Virus record (IMG/VR): IMGVR_UViG_3300021431_000015
Span: 634 to 64,633 of that record
DNA length: 64,000 bases
Origin: a virus
Reading direction: 5' to 3' (one strand)
Below are positions 24,588 through 33,239 of the stretch, one piece after another. A program made the translations under genes and the position numbers. The notes beneath the pieces are model-generated. The model was not told the origin of the DNA, made no database searches, and saw only the letters and a program-made list of their open reading frames with translations. Within the stretch, counting starts at the first letter, position 1, and every line of letters starts with the position of its first letter.

Positions 24588-26960
24588 TTAGAAAGGCGCT
24601 CCGTGGACCTTCATGTGTAATTCGCGGTTCTCGGCCTTGAGGCGTGCGTTCTCAGCCGACAGCATTTCGGCCTCGTCGCGCATCGCCACATAGTCTGCGG
24701 CCTTCGCGTCCGCCAGCAGCTTCTCCATCTTGCGGAACGACTCGCGTTGCACGTCGCACACGTGCTGCTTCTCGTCCAGCTTGTCGCGCAGCTCGTCGCG
24801 CTCGGCTTCGAGGTTGTTGACGTAAGCAACAAGGCTCGGGCAATCGGCGGTTCCGCACTTCGGACCCATGCGGTTGAGGAAGTCGCGAGCCCATCCGTTC
24901 TCCGACTTCTCGAACTCAAGCTCATCCCGCAATTCGTCGCGCTCGGCGATCAGCTCGTCAATCTTCGCAATCACCATGCTGGATACATCAGCAGGAACCG
25001 CGTATTCATTGTGTGGATAGAAGCGCCTGTAAATACTTACAGCCTGGTCAATCCAATGAGCACGACCTTCAAGCAACTCGCCGTTACGCTCTTCAAGCTC
25101 CTTTGTTATGCGCCGCAAGTCGTCGCGCTCGGTAGTCATGTCAATCAGCTTGTTCATCAGCTTGTCGCCAGCATTGTTGGCCTTGTCCAGCTCGGCGGTC
25201 AACTCGGCAATGTCATCCTCGTACCTGTCGCGTGACACATACCATGCCTTGTTCAGCACGCCGCGCTCCGCGTCATTCGCGCGTTTACGCTGGGCTTCGA
25301 CTTCGGCTTTCAAATCGTCCACATGGTTTTGCAGCCGCGCCACCTCGCTCTGGCAGAACTCGCATTCGCCGTCGAACTCGCGCCGCGTTATCGCCGCTTG
25401 GCGGTCAAGTAGGTGCATGATGACTGTCGCTAGCACGTGGCCGTCATAGTTCGTGGTCACGATGTCCTCGCGCACATCCAGTCCACGCTCGTAAAGGTAG
25501 TGTTTCTGGGCATCGTTCCTGTAGAAGTCGTATCCCCAGCATATCTCGCGAACGTCCTCTTCGAGCCGTTCCCGGCTGTCGTGTTTGTCAGCTAACTTAT
25601 GCTTTTCGCCAATTGCTATAACTTGCGGCCTGGAATCGTCGGCCAACTTATAGTTTTCGGCGTTTTTTATAACTTGCGGCTCGTAATTCTCGTCCAGCAC
25701 GTTGACCGCGCTGCAATATGGGCAGCGCGGATATGTGCCGTTGACGTGCTCGCATGTCCTGCCGCACTCGCTGCATTCGAGGACGTGGACAGTGAGCCGC
25801 GTGGCGTATAGCTTCGGTTCAGCCGTGTCGAACCGCCTGCATTCGTAGCTCTCGGTTTCCTCCAGCTCGCATGTCCGTTTCGGTGCATCGTCGGCGCGTG
25901 TGTCGCACATGCCCTCGAAGCGCAGCTTCCATTCGTCGCGCTCGGCGCGTACCCGTTCCAGTTCTTCTTCGAGCGCATCGTGGGAGTAGCACCATTCACT
26001 CGATGTGATTGCTTCTTGGCGGTCGAGCCACGTATGCACCCTCGACCGCAGCACGTCGCGCATCTGCTCTGGCAGGTCAACGGCTGAGAACCCCTCGTAT
26101 ACATCGGCTCTCAACCGTTCCCGGCTGTCCGCATCGAAGTCGCGCATATTCACCTTTGCTGCATCGGTTTCGGCTGTTTCGGCGGTTTCCGGTGCAGCGG
26201 ATTTGCTGATTCGTTCATTCAATGCGTCGTTCTCGAATTGCAGGTTATTGCGTTCCCGCTTCACTTTCTCAGCCAATTCGCCGTTGTAGTCGACTCTACG
26301 CGCCAGTTCTTCCCGCTCACGCGCTGCTTCGTCGAGCAAGTCATGAAGCTCTCCAAGCCGCTGGCGGTGTTCCTCCCGGCATTCATTCTTCGTGATGGCC
26401 TCCTGGCGGTCGAGCCAGCGTCTAATCTCTGGCATCGAACCCGGTTCAACTGAATCTGCGAACACCTCATAAAGCGGATTGCCCTGCAAGTCACGTGTAA
26501 GCCAGTCGCATATGTCCGCTTCGAGCCGCTCCCGGCTGTCCGCTTGCGCGTTATCCACGGGGTGTTCAGGCACATCGTCGGCGCGGGTGTTCCAGGCGGC
26601 TATGGCTGATTCCTTGGTGTAATAAGCACCCATCGTATAGCCGCATTCATAGCACCCGGCGACATAGAAGAAACCGTCGCTGACGATTCTCGGCTCGCCG
26701 CCGTCCTCGCAATAATTGCATGGCTTGAGTCCGGGTGTGTTCGGGTCAGGCTCCAGCCCGTCATGTGCGACCTGCTCCTCGACCATGAGGTTCCATGCAT
26801 CGATGGCGCTGGCTTTCGTGCAGAGGGGCGCGGTTCTCATGTGCCGCTCGCACTCGCTGTCGAAGCATTCGGCGTACCAGGTGCCATCCTTGATTATGTT
26901 CGTCAGCACAGGCGGGTACTTGCAATACGGGCAAGCCTTCACGCTTATCGTTTCGCTCAT
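24588..26960 (-). CDS. Lar-like double zinc-ribbon N-terminus fused to a roughly 700-aa coiled-coil protein (Ea22-like)
   Basis: two tandem ACPYCKY..ECFDSECERH.. / CNYCEDGG..CYECGY Lar-family ribbons (..SAIAAWNTRA) followed by long heptad-rich E/R/L segments; GGGAGG RBS. Confidence 0.75.
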   Translation of the reverse strand: MSETISVKACPYCKYPPVLTNIIKDGTWYAECFDSECERHMRTAPLCTKASAIDAWNLMVEEQVAHDGLEPDPNTPGLKPCNYCEDGGEPRIVSDGFFYVAGCYECGYTMGAYYTKESAIAAWNTRADDVPEHPVDNAQADSRERLEADICDWLTRDLQGNPLYEVFADSVEPGSMPEIRRWLDRQEAITKNECREEHRQRLGELHDLLDEAAREREELARRVDYNGELAEKVKRERNNLQFENDALNERISKSAAPETAETAETDAAKVNMRDFDADSRERLRADVYEGFSAVDLPEQMRDVLRSRVHTWLDRQEAITSSEWCYSHDALEEELERVRAERDEWKLRFEGMCDTRADDAPKRTCELEETESYECRRFDTAEPKLYATRLTVHVLECSECGRTCEHVNGTYPRCPYCSAVNVLDENYEPQVIKNAENYKLADDSRPQVIAIGEKHKLADKHDSRERLEEDVREICWGYDFYRNDAQKHYLYERGLDVREDIVTTNYDGHVLATVIMHLLDRQAAITRREFDGECEFCQSEVARLQNHVDDLKAEVEAQRKRANDAERGVLNKAWYVSRDRYEDDIAELTAELDKANNAGDKLMNKLIDMTTERDDLRRITKELEERNGELLEGRAHWIDQAVSIYRRFYPHNEYAVPADVSSMVIAKIDELIAERDELRDELEFEKSENGWARDFLNRMGPKCGTADCPSLVAYVNNLEAERDELRDKLDEKQHVCDVQRESFRKMEKLLADAKAADYVAMRDEAEMLSAENARLKAENRELHMKVHGAPF

Positions 26961-27160
26961 CGTCCAACCTCCCAACTCAGGCACAGCTCGTGCGGCTCCT
27001 GCTCGCCGTTGATTGCCAGCTTGTCGGCGATTGGAGCAGCCGTCTCGCCGCCGTATTCGGGCGGCGCATAGTCCAGGCACATGAAATGCCCCGCGCCGTC
27101 GCCGTCTGCCCACTTGCAGGTATCGCAGAGGTAGTGCCACGTGTATAGCTTTTCGCTCAT
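26957..27160 (-). CDS. small Cys-containing protein (67 aa)
   Basis: AAGGAG RBS; ATGA overlap. Confidence 0.5.
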   Translation of the reverse strand: MSEKLYTWHYLCDTCKWADGDGAGHFMCLDYAPPEYGGETAAPIADKLAINGEQEPHELCLSWEVGR

Positions 27161-27363
27161 TCGTCCGCTCCTTCCCCGCTCAGCTCTGCCCACGCGCGTT
27201 TCGCTTCGTCGCTCATCTGGCTATATGTCTGGCAATGGCTCATGTCCTCATATACGTACTCGTGCAGCCAGCTCGATTCCGTGTTGCCGCATATGCCGTA
27301 GGAGCACTCCCCGCACGGGCATGGATAGAAGAAGCGGCAGCTCGCGCAAATCGGCTCTTTCAT
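27157..27363 (-). CDS. Cys-rich zinc-finger mini-protein (68 aa)
   Basis: CASCRFFYPCPCGEC..C; junction motif AGGGGTGATGCGGAATG upstream. Confidence 0.55.
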   Translation of the reverse strand: MKEPICASCRFFYPCPCGECSYGICGNTESSWLHEYVYEDMSHCQTYSQMSDEAKRAWAELSGEGADE

Positions 27364-27587
27364 TCCGCATCACCCCTTCGCTTGCCCCACGCGCAGAACC
27401 CGTATGGCGGCACCATGTCGCGACCAGATTCGTTGCACATCATCGGCCATCCTGGGTCTATCGGCTGCGGGTCTTCGACGTAGAACCTGCAATCGCGGCA
27501 TCGCACGAGCGGCTCGGCTGGCTTGGTCAATCGGTGCCACCCATCGGGGTCTGCTTCGTCTCGAATCGAGATGATGTACTCGCTCAT
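27360..27587 (-). CDS. CxxC mini-protein (75 aa) ending RGDAE
   Basis: ATGA-coupled chain; internal ATG start. Confidence 0.5.
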   Translation of the reverse strand: MSEYIISIRDEADPDGWHRLTKPAEPLVRCRDCRFYVEDPQPIDPGWPMMCNESGRDMVPPYGFCAWGKRRGDAE

Positions 27588-27787
27588 CCCACCACCATCT
27601 TCTTTCGCGGCCCGCATGTGATTACATCACCCAGTTGCACGCGCATGTTCCAAGACGTCGCAACCTCGCCGTTGACCCTGATGGCTCCTGCGTCGACCAA
27701 CCGCCGCACCTCCGCGTAGCCGCTCGTGAAGCCCCTGTCGCATAGCTCTGCGGCCAGGATTCTGCCGTTCCTCACGAATTCGCCCAT
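27584..27787 (-). CDS. S4-domain RNA-binding-like protein (67 aa)
   Basis: ILAAELCDRGFTSGYAEVRRLVDAGAIRVNGEVATSWNMRVQLGDVI matches the S4 fold consensus. Confidence 0.6.
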   Translation of the reverse strand: MGEFVRNGRILAAELCDRGFTSGYAEVRRLVDAGAIRVNGEVATSWNMRVQLGDVITCGPRKKMVVG

Positions 27788-28008
27788 GGCTTCACCTTCC
27801 CGAAGTGGCCGACGATGATTCCGGCTCCCAAGTTGTCCGAGAACTCGCCGGTGTCAACATCCTCGGCTGTCCACGCATCGCCGCCGTACCAGTTGAGCAC
27901 GCTCACGCGCAGGCGCTCGCCGTCGTTCCATTCGAGCACATCGTCAATACGTATCGGCCTGCCAGTGCGGTCTGTCGGCAACTTGACCTTGCGCTTTTTC
28001 TTTTTCAT
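27772..28008 (-). CDS. hypothetical protein with poly-Lys N-terminus (78 aa)
   Basis: internal ATG (MKKKKRK..). Confidence 0.45.
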   Translation of the reverse strand: MKKKKRKVKLPTDRTGRPIRIDDVLEWNDGERLRVSVLNWYGGDAWTAEDVDTGEFSDNLGAGIIVGHFGKVKPWANS

Positions 28009-28343
28009 CGCCCCGCCTTCCACGCGTATTGCCGCCATAGCCAATGGCATCTAGTGAGCCGGTCGAGGCTCCACCTGTCCGAGCAGTACCACACATCGGC
28101 GCGGAAGCATTCGAGCCATTCTTCGACTGTCCGTTCCTTTTCCGCATCGGTCTGGTGCAGGTGTTCCCAATTGCCCTGCGCCAGGTTCTTCCACATGTAG
28201 TCGATTGCCTTGCGGGTGAAGCTCTCGCGGATTAGCACAGCCTCGAACGCTTGCCGCCATAGCTTCTCGACCTCGGCTAACGAGCAGTCGGGCGTCCTGA
28301 TGTAGCGACACAACGCCATGCTGCGTTCGTAGGCGTCGCTCAT
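28005..28343 (-). CDS. hypothetical protein (112 aa)
   Basis: ATGA coupling; junction motif upstream. Confidence 0.55.
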   Translation of the reverse strand: MSDAYERSMALCRYIRTPDCSLAEVEKLWRQAFEAVLIRESFTRKAIDYMWKNLAQGNWEHLHQTDAEKERTVEEWLECFRADVWYCSDRWSLDRLTRCHWLWRQYAWKAGR

Positions 28344-28564
28344 TCCGCATCACCCCTCAGCTCGCGTCCGCACATCGGGCAGTTGTTGATCACGAAGTGG
28401 TCGTCAATCTCGATTTCTGTTGAGAAAACAGCATCGCTCGCTTCGTACTTCAAAATCGGCTGTTTTTGCGTCTCGCCGTCGCGCCTGCGCAAAGTGCGTG
28501 TGCCTATGTAGAAATAGCCGTCACCACCGAAAATCGGCTTGCCATGCTCGCAGTATTCGCACAT
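28340..28564 (-). CDS. zinc-ribbon mini-protein (74 aa) ending NCPMCGRELRGDAE
   Basis: CEYCEHG..CPMCG. Confidence 0.55.
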   Translation of the reverse strand: MCEYCEHGKPIFGGDGYFYIGTRTLRRRDGETQKQPILKYEASDAVFSTEIEIDDHFVINNCPMCGRELRGDAE

Positions 28565-29103
28565 CACGCATCACCCCGCAGCCCAGCGAGCTTGCGGAAG
28601 TGTCCCTTCACAAGTTCCGCAACCTTCGCGCTGTCCTCTTCATCGAATGTAAGTTTCTGCCCCTCGAAAATGACGCTCGTGCGCGGTACGGGGCAGATGG
28701 AGCCTTCTTCCAGGGGGCGAATGTAACTTCCGGGTAACATTCCCCCATCGGCGAGGTCGCGCCCCATTCGCCGCCCATACTCCAATGCCGTGATGTGTTC
28801 GGCGATTGCGGCGCATTCGCGCACGTCGAGCGCGGGTATGTCGCGCATGTACCACGTCCCCTTGCCAGCCGTGTCGTCGCGGTTCGGGTTGAAGCCCATA
28901 GGGATGAACACGTTCGGGTCGTCGTTGCGCTCGAAGTGCTGCCAGAAGCACTCGACTGTCCATGCGCCGCCGTGGATGGTGTCGAACAGCAAGTGATGCT
29001 TGTCATAGCCGTTGCTGAACTCCTTCTCCCACGTCTCTGACGGGTACTCGCCATCGAAGCTGCGAACGAGTTTGTAGCCCAAGTCTTGCAGCATGATACC
29101 CAT
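28564..29103 (-). CDS. hypothetical protein (179 aa) ending LRGDA
   Basis: TGATG junction both ends. Confidence 0.6.
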   Translation of the reverse strand: MGIMLQDLGYKLVRSFDGEYPSETWEKEFSNGYDKHHLLFDTIHGGAWTVECFWQHFERNDDPNVFIPMGFNPNRDDTAGKGTWYMRDIPALDVRECAAIAEHITALEYGRRMGRDLADGGMLPGSYIRPLEEGSICPVPRTSVIFEGQKLTFDEEDSAKVAELVKGHFRKLAGLRGDA

Positions 29104-29363
29104 CACGCATCACCCCTCAACCATTCGAGCAGCGCGTAGTAATCGCCGCAAACTCCATCGGGCGTGTTGAAGAACGGGCAACCGGGGCACTTGTCCGCAA
29201 GGTCGCACATGTCAGTCACAATCCGTGCCGCCCGCTCTGGCGTGCCGAACAGCCGCTCGTAGTTCGTCTCGGATTTCGGCGTGTAATGTGAGCAGCCCAG
29301 AACCGTGTCGCTGCGCCAGGGACAGCCTGCCGTTTCGCACAAGGCGCATATCACATCGCTCAT
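29103..29363 (-). CDS. Cys-rich mini-protein (86 aa) ending LRGDA
   Basis: CALCETAGCP..CPGCP. Confidence 0.55.
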   Translation of the reverse strand: MSDVICALCETAGCPWRSDTVLGCSHYTPKSETNYERLFGTPERAARIVTDMCDLADKCPGCPFFNTPDGVCGDYYALLEWLRGDA

Positions 29364-29815
29364 TCCGCACCATCCTTAATCTCGCGTCCGCATTTCGGGC
29401 AGTACGCCCAGCGGTAATCTCCCAAACCGTACCCGCAAACGGAGCAACGGTAGCGCGGCGTGCCGTCCGGTTTGGTTCCGTGCTTCACTCGCTCGCATTC
29501 TCCACGTTCAAACTTCGCGCTCAGCTCGTCGGCGATTGCCTGGAAGTCAGCCCTCCATACAGCTCCATGACGCCCGAAGTCGAATGTCGGTCTTGCATCC
29601 AGATGAGGCGCTATTAGCTCGCGCACCTGCTCGGCTGTCAGCTTCCCGCCGCCCAGCGTCGCGGCGATGGCCTGAGCCGATTCCTCGCGGATGCGCTCGT
29701 AGGCTTCGCGCACATCTTTGTCCTTGGCTTTCGTCTCGGTCGCTTCGACGCGCAGCGTGAAGCACTCATGCTCGAACTCGTCCAGCAAGCGCAGCAGCTC
29801 GTCCGTCGCGGTCAT
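29360..29815 (-). CDS. hypothetical protein (151 aa) with C-terminal zinc ribbon ..CSVCGY..CPKCGREIKDGAE
   Basis: ATGA coupling. Confidence 0.6.
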   Translation of the reverse strand: MTATDELLRLLDEFEHECFTLRVEATETKAKDKDVREAYERIREESAQAIAATLGGGKLTAEQVRELIAPHLDARPTFDFGRHGAVWRADFQAIADELSAKFERGECERVKHGTKPDGTPRYRCSVCGYGLGDYRWAYCPKCGREIKDGAE

Positions 29816-30006
29816 TTTGCACCGCCTTTCACTGGTTCAAAATCTTCGCACGGGCAGTTATCGTCATAGTCGCACGCAAGCGCGAACGCCCTTCGCGGGT
29901 CGCCTGTCTTGCAAGCGTCATGCAGGCATATGCATGACTCGTCTGTTGTCACGTGGTTTTCCCAGTAGCACCACCTGCAATCGAGTGGCGTGAAATCGTC
30001 GCTCAT
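29812..30006 (-). CDS. Cys-rich mini-protein (64 aa)
   Basis: CRWCYW..CIC..C..CPC. Confidence 0.5.
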   Translation of the reverse strand: MSDDFTPLDCRWCYWENHVTTDESCICLHDACKTGDPRRAFALACDYDDNCPCEDFEPVKGGAK

Positions 30007-30272
30007 TTCACATCACCCCTCAGCTCGCAGGCGTCGAGCACGGCCCTTGCGCCATTGTCCTCGTAGCCGTAAATCTTCTGGCCGCATGCGCACCTGCGCT
30101 GGTAGCCGCGAAGCTCAGCGCCACAGAGGATGCAGTGGTAACGCTCTCCATCCCACGGTACGAGCGGCACGTACACGATGCCGCCTATCCGGTGGGGTTC
30201 TTCCGGGTTCTCACGCACCTGTTGGACCCTGAACGGCATCAATTCTGGTGCCGTGTAATCGAAGTCAATCAT
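30003..30272 (-). CDS. zinc-finger mini-protein (89 aa) ending LRGDVK
   Basis: CILCGA..CACG. Confidence 0.55.
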   Translation of the reverse strand: MIDFDYTAPELMPFRVQQVRENPEEPHRIGGIVYVPLVPWDGERYHCILCGAELRGYQRRCACGQKIYGYEDNGARAVLDACELRGDVK

Positions 30273-30532
30273 TCAGCACCGCCTTCCCCGAGCTGCGTCA
30301 TGAAGTACCAGAAACTCTCGTTAATCGGGTTAAGGCATTCATGGTTCGTCCATTCCCAGAATGCATCGACGTTCGGCTCGCATTCGCCGCAGGCGTAGCG
30401 CCTGTACGGTTCGTGGTCCCAAACGCCGTGCTCGCACAGCACGACACTCCCATTCGGTATGGTGGCGTTGCAATACGCGCACCGATGGTCTTTGCGCGTC
30501 CGTAGGTGCATCTTGTGGTGAACGTCGCTCAT
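30269..30532 (-). CDS. zinc-finger mini-protein (87 aa)
   Basis: CAYCN..CEHG..CGEC. Confidence 0.55.
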   Translation of the reverse strand: MSDVHHKMHLRTRKDHRCAYCNATIPNGSVVLCEHGVWDHEPYRRYACGECEPNVDAFWEWTNHECLNPINESFWYFMTQLGEGGAE

Positions 30533-30548
30533 TCCGCACCGCCTTTCT

Positions 30549-30743
30549 CTAGCCCAACCAGAGGTCGATAACGACCAGGACAGTCACGAGGATGAGCGCG
30601 AACAGGATGCTTCCCCATATCGGCGAAAGCACGATCCACCATTCCCAATCGACCACGCCACATAGCTTCAGCGCGATGAAGAGAATGCCGAGCGCACCGA
30701 AGAAGCCGATGCCGCCGTTGCGTGCATTGTTGTTGTCGCTCAT
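30549..30743 (-). CDS. small membrane protein, 2 predicted TM helices (64 aa)
   Basis: GIGFFGALGILFIALKL and WGSILFALILVTVLVVI hydrophobic spans. Confidence 0.5.
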   Translation of the reverse strand: MSDNNNARNGGIGFFGALGILFIALKLCGVVDWEWWIVLSPIWGSILFALILVTVLVVIDLWLG

Positions 30744-31006
30744 CGCTTCACCGCCTTGCACATGTAGCAGCATTCATCGTCGCGGCTAGGGCAGGTCTCA
30801 TCGAATCGGTAGTAGCCGATTCCAACGGGCGCTCGCTCGATTTCGTCGGCGGTCGCGGGCCGCAGGTATTCGAGCGGCGTCGATGCCGCCGTGCACCCCG
30901 TGTGGTAGCACACGTGCGCGGTGCGGAAGCCGCATTCGGTGACGCGCCCAATTTCCTGCTTGTAGCCGGGGTCGTACACAACCCAGTCGCCAAACTCAAA
31001 CATCAT
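30740..31006 (-). CDS. Cys-rich hypothetical protein (88 aa)
   Basis: internal ATG; CGF..C.H.GC...CCYMC. Confidence 0.5.
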   Translation of the reverse strand: MMFEFGDWVVYDPGYKQEIGRVTECGFRTAHVCYHTGCTAASTPLEYLRPATADEIERAPVGIGYYRFDETCPSRDDECCYMCKAVKR

Positions 31007-31284
31007 GCGTCCACCGCCTTCGGCTTGAAATGCCTGCACTCGCCGCGCCCGGCCATGGCAATCAGCTCCGCATACTTCCCATCCGCACACTCGCGGCACT
31101 CGCTCGGCGCATCGCCGTGCAACCACCTGTCAACCTGCTCGCAGAATGGGATGTCGCACGTGCCGCCGTCCATCCTCGCGCTCGCGGGAATCTCCACGGG
31201 CTCGCCCGTGGCTGCATGCCTGTGCGTCCCCGGCGTGAGCGCGATGTTGGGGTAATCGCCGGACTTCTTTAGTGCTTCATCCAT
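31003..31284 (-). CDS. Cys-rich hypothetical protein (93 aa)
   Basis: CDIPFCE..CREC..C. Confidence 0.5.
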   Translation of the reverse strand: MDEALKKSGDYPNIALTPGTHRHAATGEPVEIPASARMDGGTCDIPFCEQVDRWLHGDAPSECRECADGKYAELIAMAGRGECRHFKPKAVDA

Positions 31285-31496
31285 TACTGCTCACCATCCC
31301 ATCTTCCGTGAAGCGCGAGGGACTTGTTCGCCCACATCACGCACTCCTCGAGCTTCGTCATCGCGAGCGACTTCTCGCGGCTCGGCTTGCAGCGCAGCGC
31401 GATAATCCCTTCCAGCTCTTCGGCGGCATTGCGGATGCTGTCGCTATCCTCGATTTCATCGTCGCCCATGTAATGACGCTTGAATATCTCGCTCAT
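31284..31496 (-). CDS. hypothetical protein (about 70 aa)
   Basis: second ATG preferred for RBS spacing; alternative start 31505. Confidence 0.45.
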   Translation of the reverse strand: MSEIFKRHYMGDDEIEDSDSIRNAAEELEGIIALRCKPSREKSLAMTKLEECVMWANKSLALHGRWDGEQ

Positions 31497-31511
31497 TGTC
31501 TGCATCTCCCG

Positions 31512-32486
31512 TTACTTCGATTTCCCGACGTTACCGACTATCGGTGTAGCGCCCTCCGGCACGACCACGAGGTTGCCCTTCTCGCCGATGGATTCCAGCG
31601 CCTCGATGTAGTGCTGGCTTATGACCTCCGGTGACAGGGACTCGGCCAGAACCTTGTTGGCATCCGCCTCGCCCTTCGCCTCGATTACCTTCGTCTCGGC
31701 CTTGACCTTCGCGGCCTCCTGCTCGTTGAGGGCCTTCTGCTTGGCGATCTCGGCTTCCTGCGCCTCGGAGTAGCGCTTGGTTATGTCGCCCGAATAGCGG
31801 ACGTCCTGGACGCTCACCTGCTCGACATGCAGCCCCATGGACTCCCACTTCTTGGCAAGGGCATCCCTCAAGCCCCCGGTGAACTCGCCACGGTTGGTGA
31901 GCATCGTGATGGTGTCGTACTTCCCGGCCACCTCGCGTGCGGTCGCCCTCACGTCGTTCTGGATGACCGTTGAGGTGAAGTTCTGCTGCGTGCCGTAGTC
32001 GATGTAGAGCTGCGTGGCGGCATCCGGGTCCAGGCTGTAGACCACCTGGAGGTCGATGTCCGCCGACGCGCCGCCCTTGTCGTTGACCGTGACGCAAGAA
32101 CCCTCGGCCTTGCCGCCGTCGTAGGCGTATTCGGCATCGCGGTAGAGGTTGACGAGGTTGTTCCTCACGTCGTAGCGGACTGTCGATTGCCACGGCGCCT
32201 TTGCGTGGAATCCGGCCTCCTCCGTGTATCCCGCGAGCGAGCCGCCCCAGTTCTTCAGCACCACGACCTCTCCAGCATCCTGCGCATAGACCATGGACAG
32301 CACGAGTATCGCGATAGCCAGTCCTCCGGGTATCGACACCCACGCGGGGTTTATCATCCGTCTCTGGTTGTAATAGCGGTCGCCCAGCTCCTCCCGGCGC
32401 TTAGTCTCAGCCAGGTTAGCGGCCTTGATGTAGAAAAATCCAGCGACCGCGACCACGGCCAATATCAGTGAAAAGACAAATGCCAT
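31512..32486 (-). CDS. SPFH/band-7 (stomatin-prohibitin-HflK/C-like) membrane protein
   Basis: N-terminal TM helix then SPFH-like core and long EAKQKALNEQEAAKVKAE coiled-coil tail; GGAGGA RBS. Confidence 0.75.
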   Translation of the reverse strand: MAFVFSLILAVVAVAGFFYIKAANLAETKRREELGDRYYNQRRMINPAWVSIPGGLAIAILVLSMVYAQDAGEVVVLKNWGGSLAGYTEEAGFHAKAPWQSTVRYDVRNNLVNLYRDAEYAYDGGKAEGSCVTVNDKGGASADIDLQVVYSLDPDAATQLYIDYGTQQNFTSTVIQNDVRATAREVAGKYDTITMLTNRGEFTGGLRDALAKKWESMGLHVEQVSVQDVRYSGDITKRYSEAQEAEIAKQKALNEQEAAKVKAETKVIEAKGEADANKVLAESLSPEVISQHYIEALESIGEKGNLVVVPEGATPIVGNVGKSK

Positions 32487-32720
32487 CTATTCCTCCAATC
32501 CCAGCAGCCACCCGGCGCTCACGCCCAAATCGCCGCTCAACCTAGCAAGCGTCTCGATGCTCGGGACGCTGGCCCCGTTTCGGTACTTGTGGACCTGCCG
32601 CCCGTAGTAGCCGTGCAGCTCGGACCACCTGGTCAGGTTGTCCACCCCGTTCATCGCGAGGGCCTCGCCCAGGCGAACCCTGAACCTGGCCCTCACGTCA
32701 TTCGCATTGCTCGTCGTCAT
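32487..32720 (-). CDS. XRE-family helix-turn-helix regulator (77 aa)
   Basis: LTRWSELHGYYGRQVHKYRNGASVPSIETLARLSGDLGVSAGWLLG; immediately upstream of SPFH gene. Confidence 0.6.
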   Translation of the reverse strand: MTTSNANDVRARFRVRLGEALAMNGVDNLTRWSELHGYYGRQVHKYRNGASVPSIETLARLSGDLGVSAGWLLGLEE

Positions 32721-32874
32721 CCCTGCTCCATTCATCCCAGCGCGAGCACCATCCGACGGACTCGTGGCCGGGAATCGGGCACCGGTAGAAGAACTCGCAT
32801 GAGCCGCAGGTCGGCGCATCCTCGACGAGTGGGTCGTCCAGCTCGTCGAAGCGCTCCCTGATTTCCTCTTTCAT
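32698..32874 (-). CDS. small zinc-finger protein (58 aa)
   Basis: CGSCEFFYRCP...C; GGGAGG RBS; ATGA coupling. Confidence 0.5.
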   Translation of the reverse strand: MKEEIRERFDELDDPLVEDAPTCGSCEFFYRCPIPGHESVGWCSRWDEWSRDDDEQCE

Positions 32875-33239
32875 GATTTCCTCCCGAACACAATCGGCTC
32901 GGGCCCGATTTCGAGCGGGCGCCAGCCGTCCTCCGACTGCCACGCCTCCCAGTGGCTCACGGGCTCGCCAGTCTCCTTGACCTCCCAGCCGTCGTTCCAC
33001 CGTGCATGGAGGTAGCCCTTGTGGAACTTGCCGTGGCAACCGTCGACGTTGCCGTTGCCGCAGAGCAGCCACAAGGGTATCCTCCGCTCGAGCGACGCGG
33101 GGCGACCGCCCATGCCCTTCTGAATGACATGGTGCTTGTTGGTCGCGCCCCACCTGCCGCACACGACGCACACGGGGTCGTCCGGGATTACGCTGGGCTT
33201 GTCAAGCATGTGAATCTCGTAGGTGGTCATCCCGTTCAC
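32871..33239 (-). CDS. HNH endonuclease-like protein
   Basis: CVVCGRWGATNKHHVIQKGMGGR...LLCGNGNVDGCHGKFH. Confidence 0.7.
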   Translation of the reverse strand: MNGMTTYEIHMLDKPSVIPDDPVCVVCGRWGATNKHHVIQKGMGGRPASLERRIPLWLLCGNGNVDGCHGKFHKGYLHARWNDGWEVKETGEPVSHWEAWQSEDGWRPLEIGPEPIVFGRKS

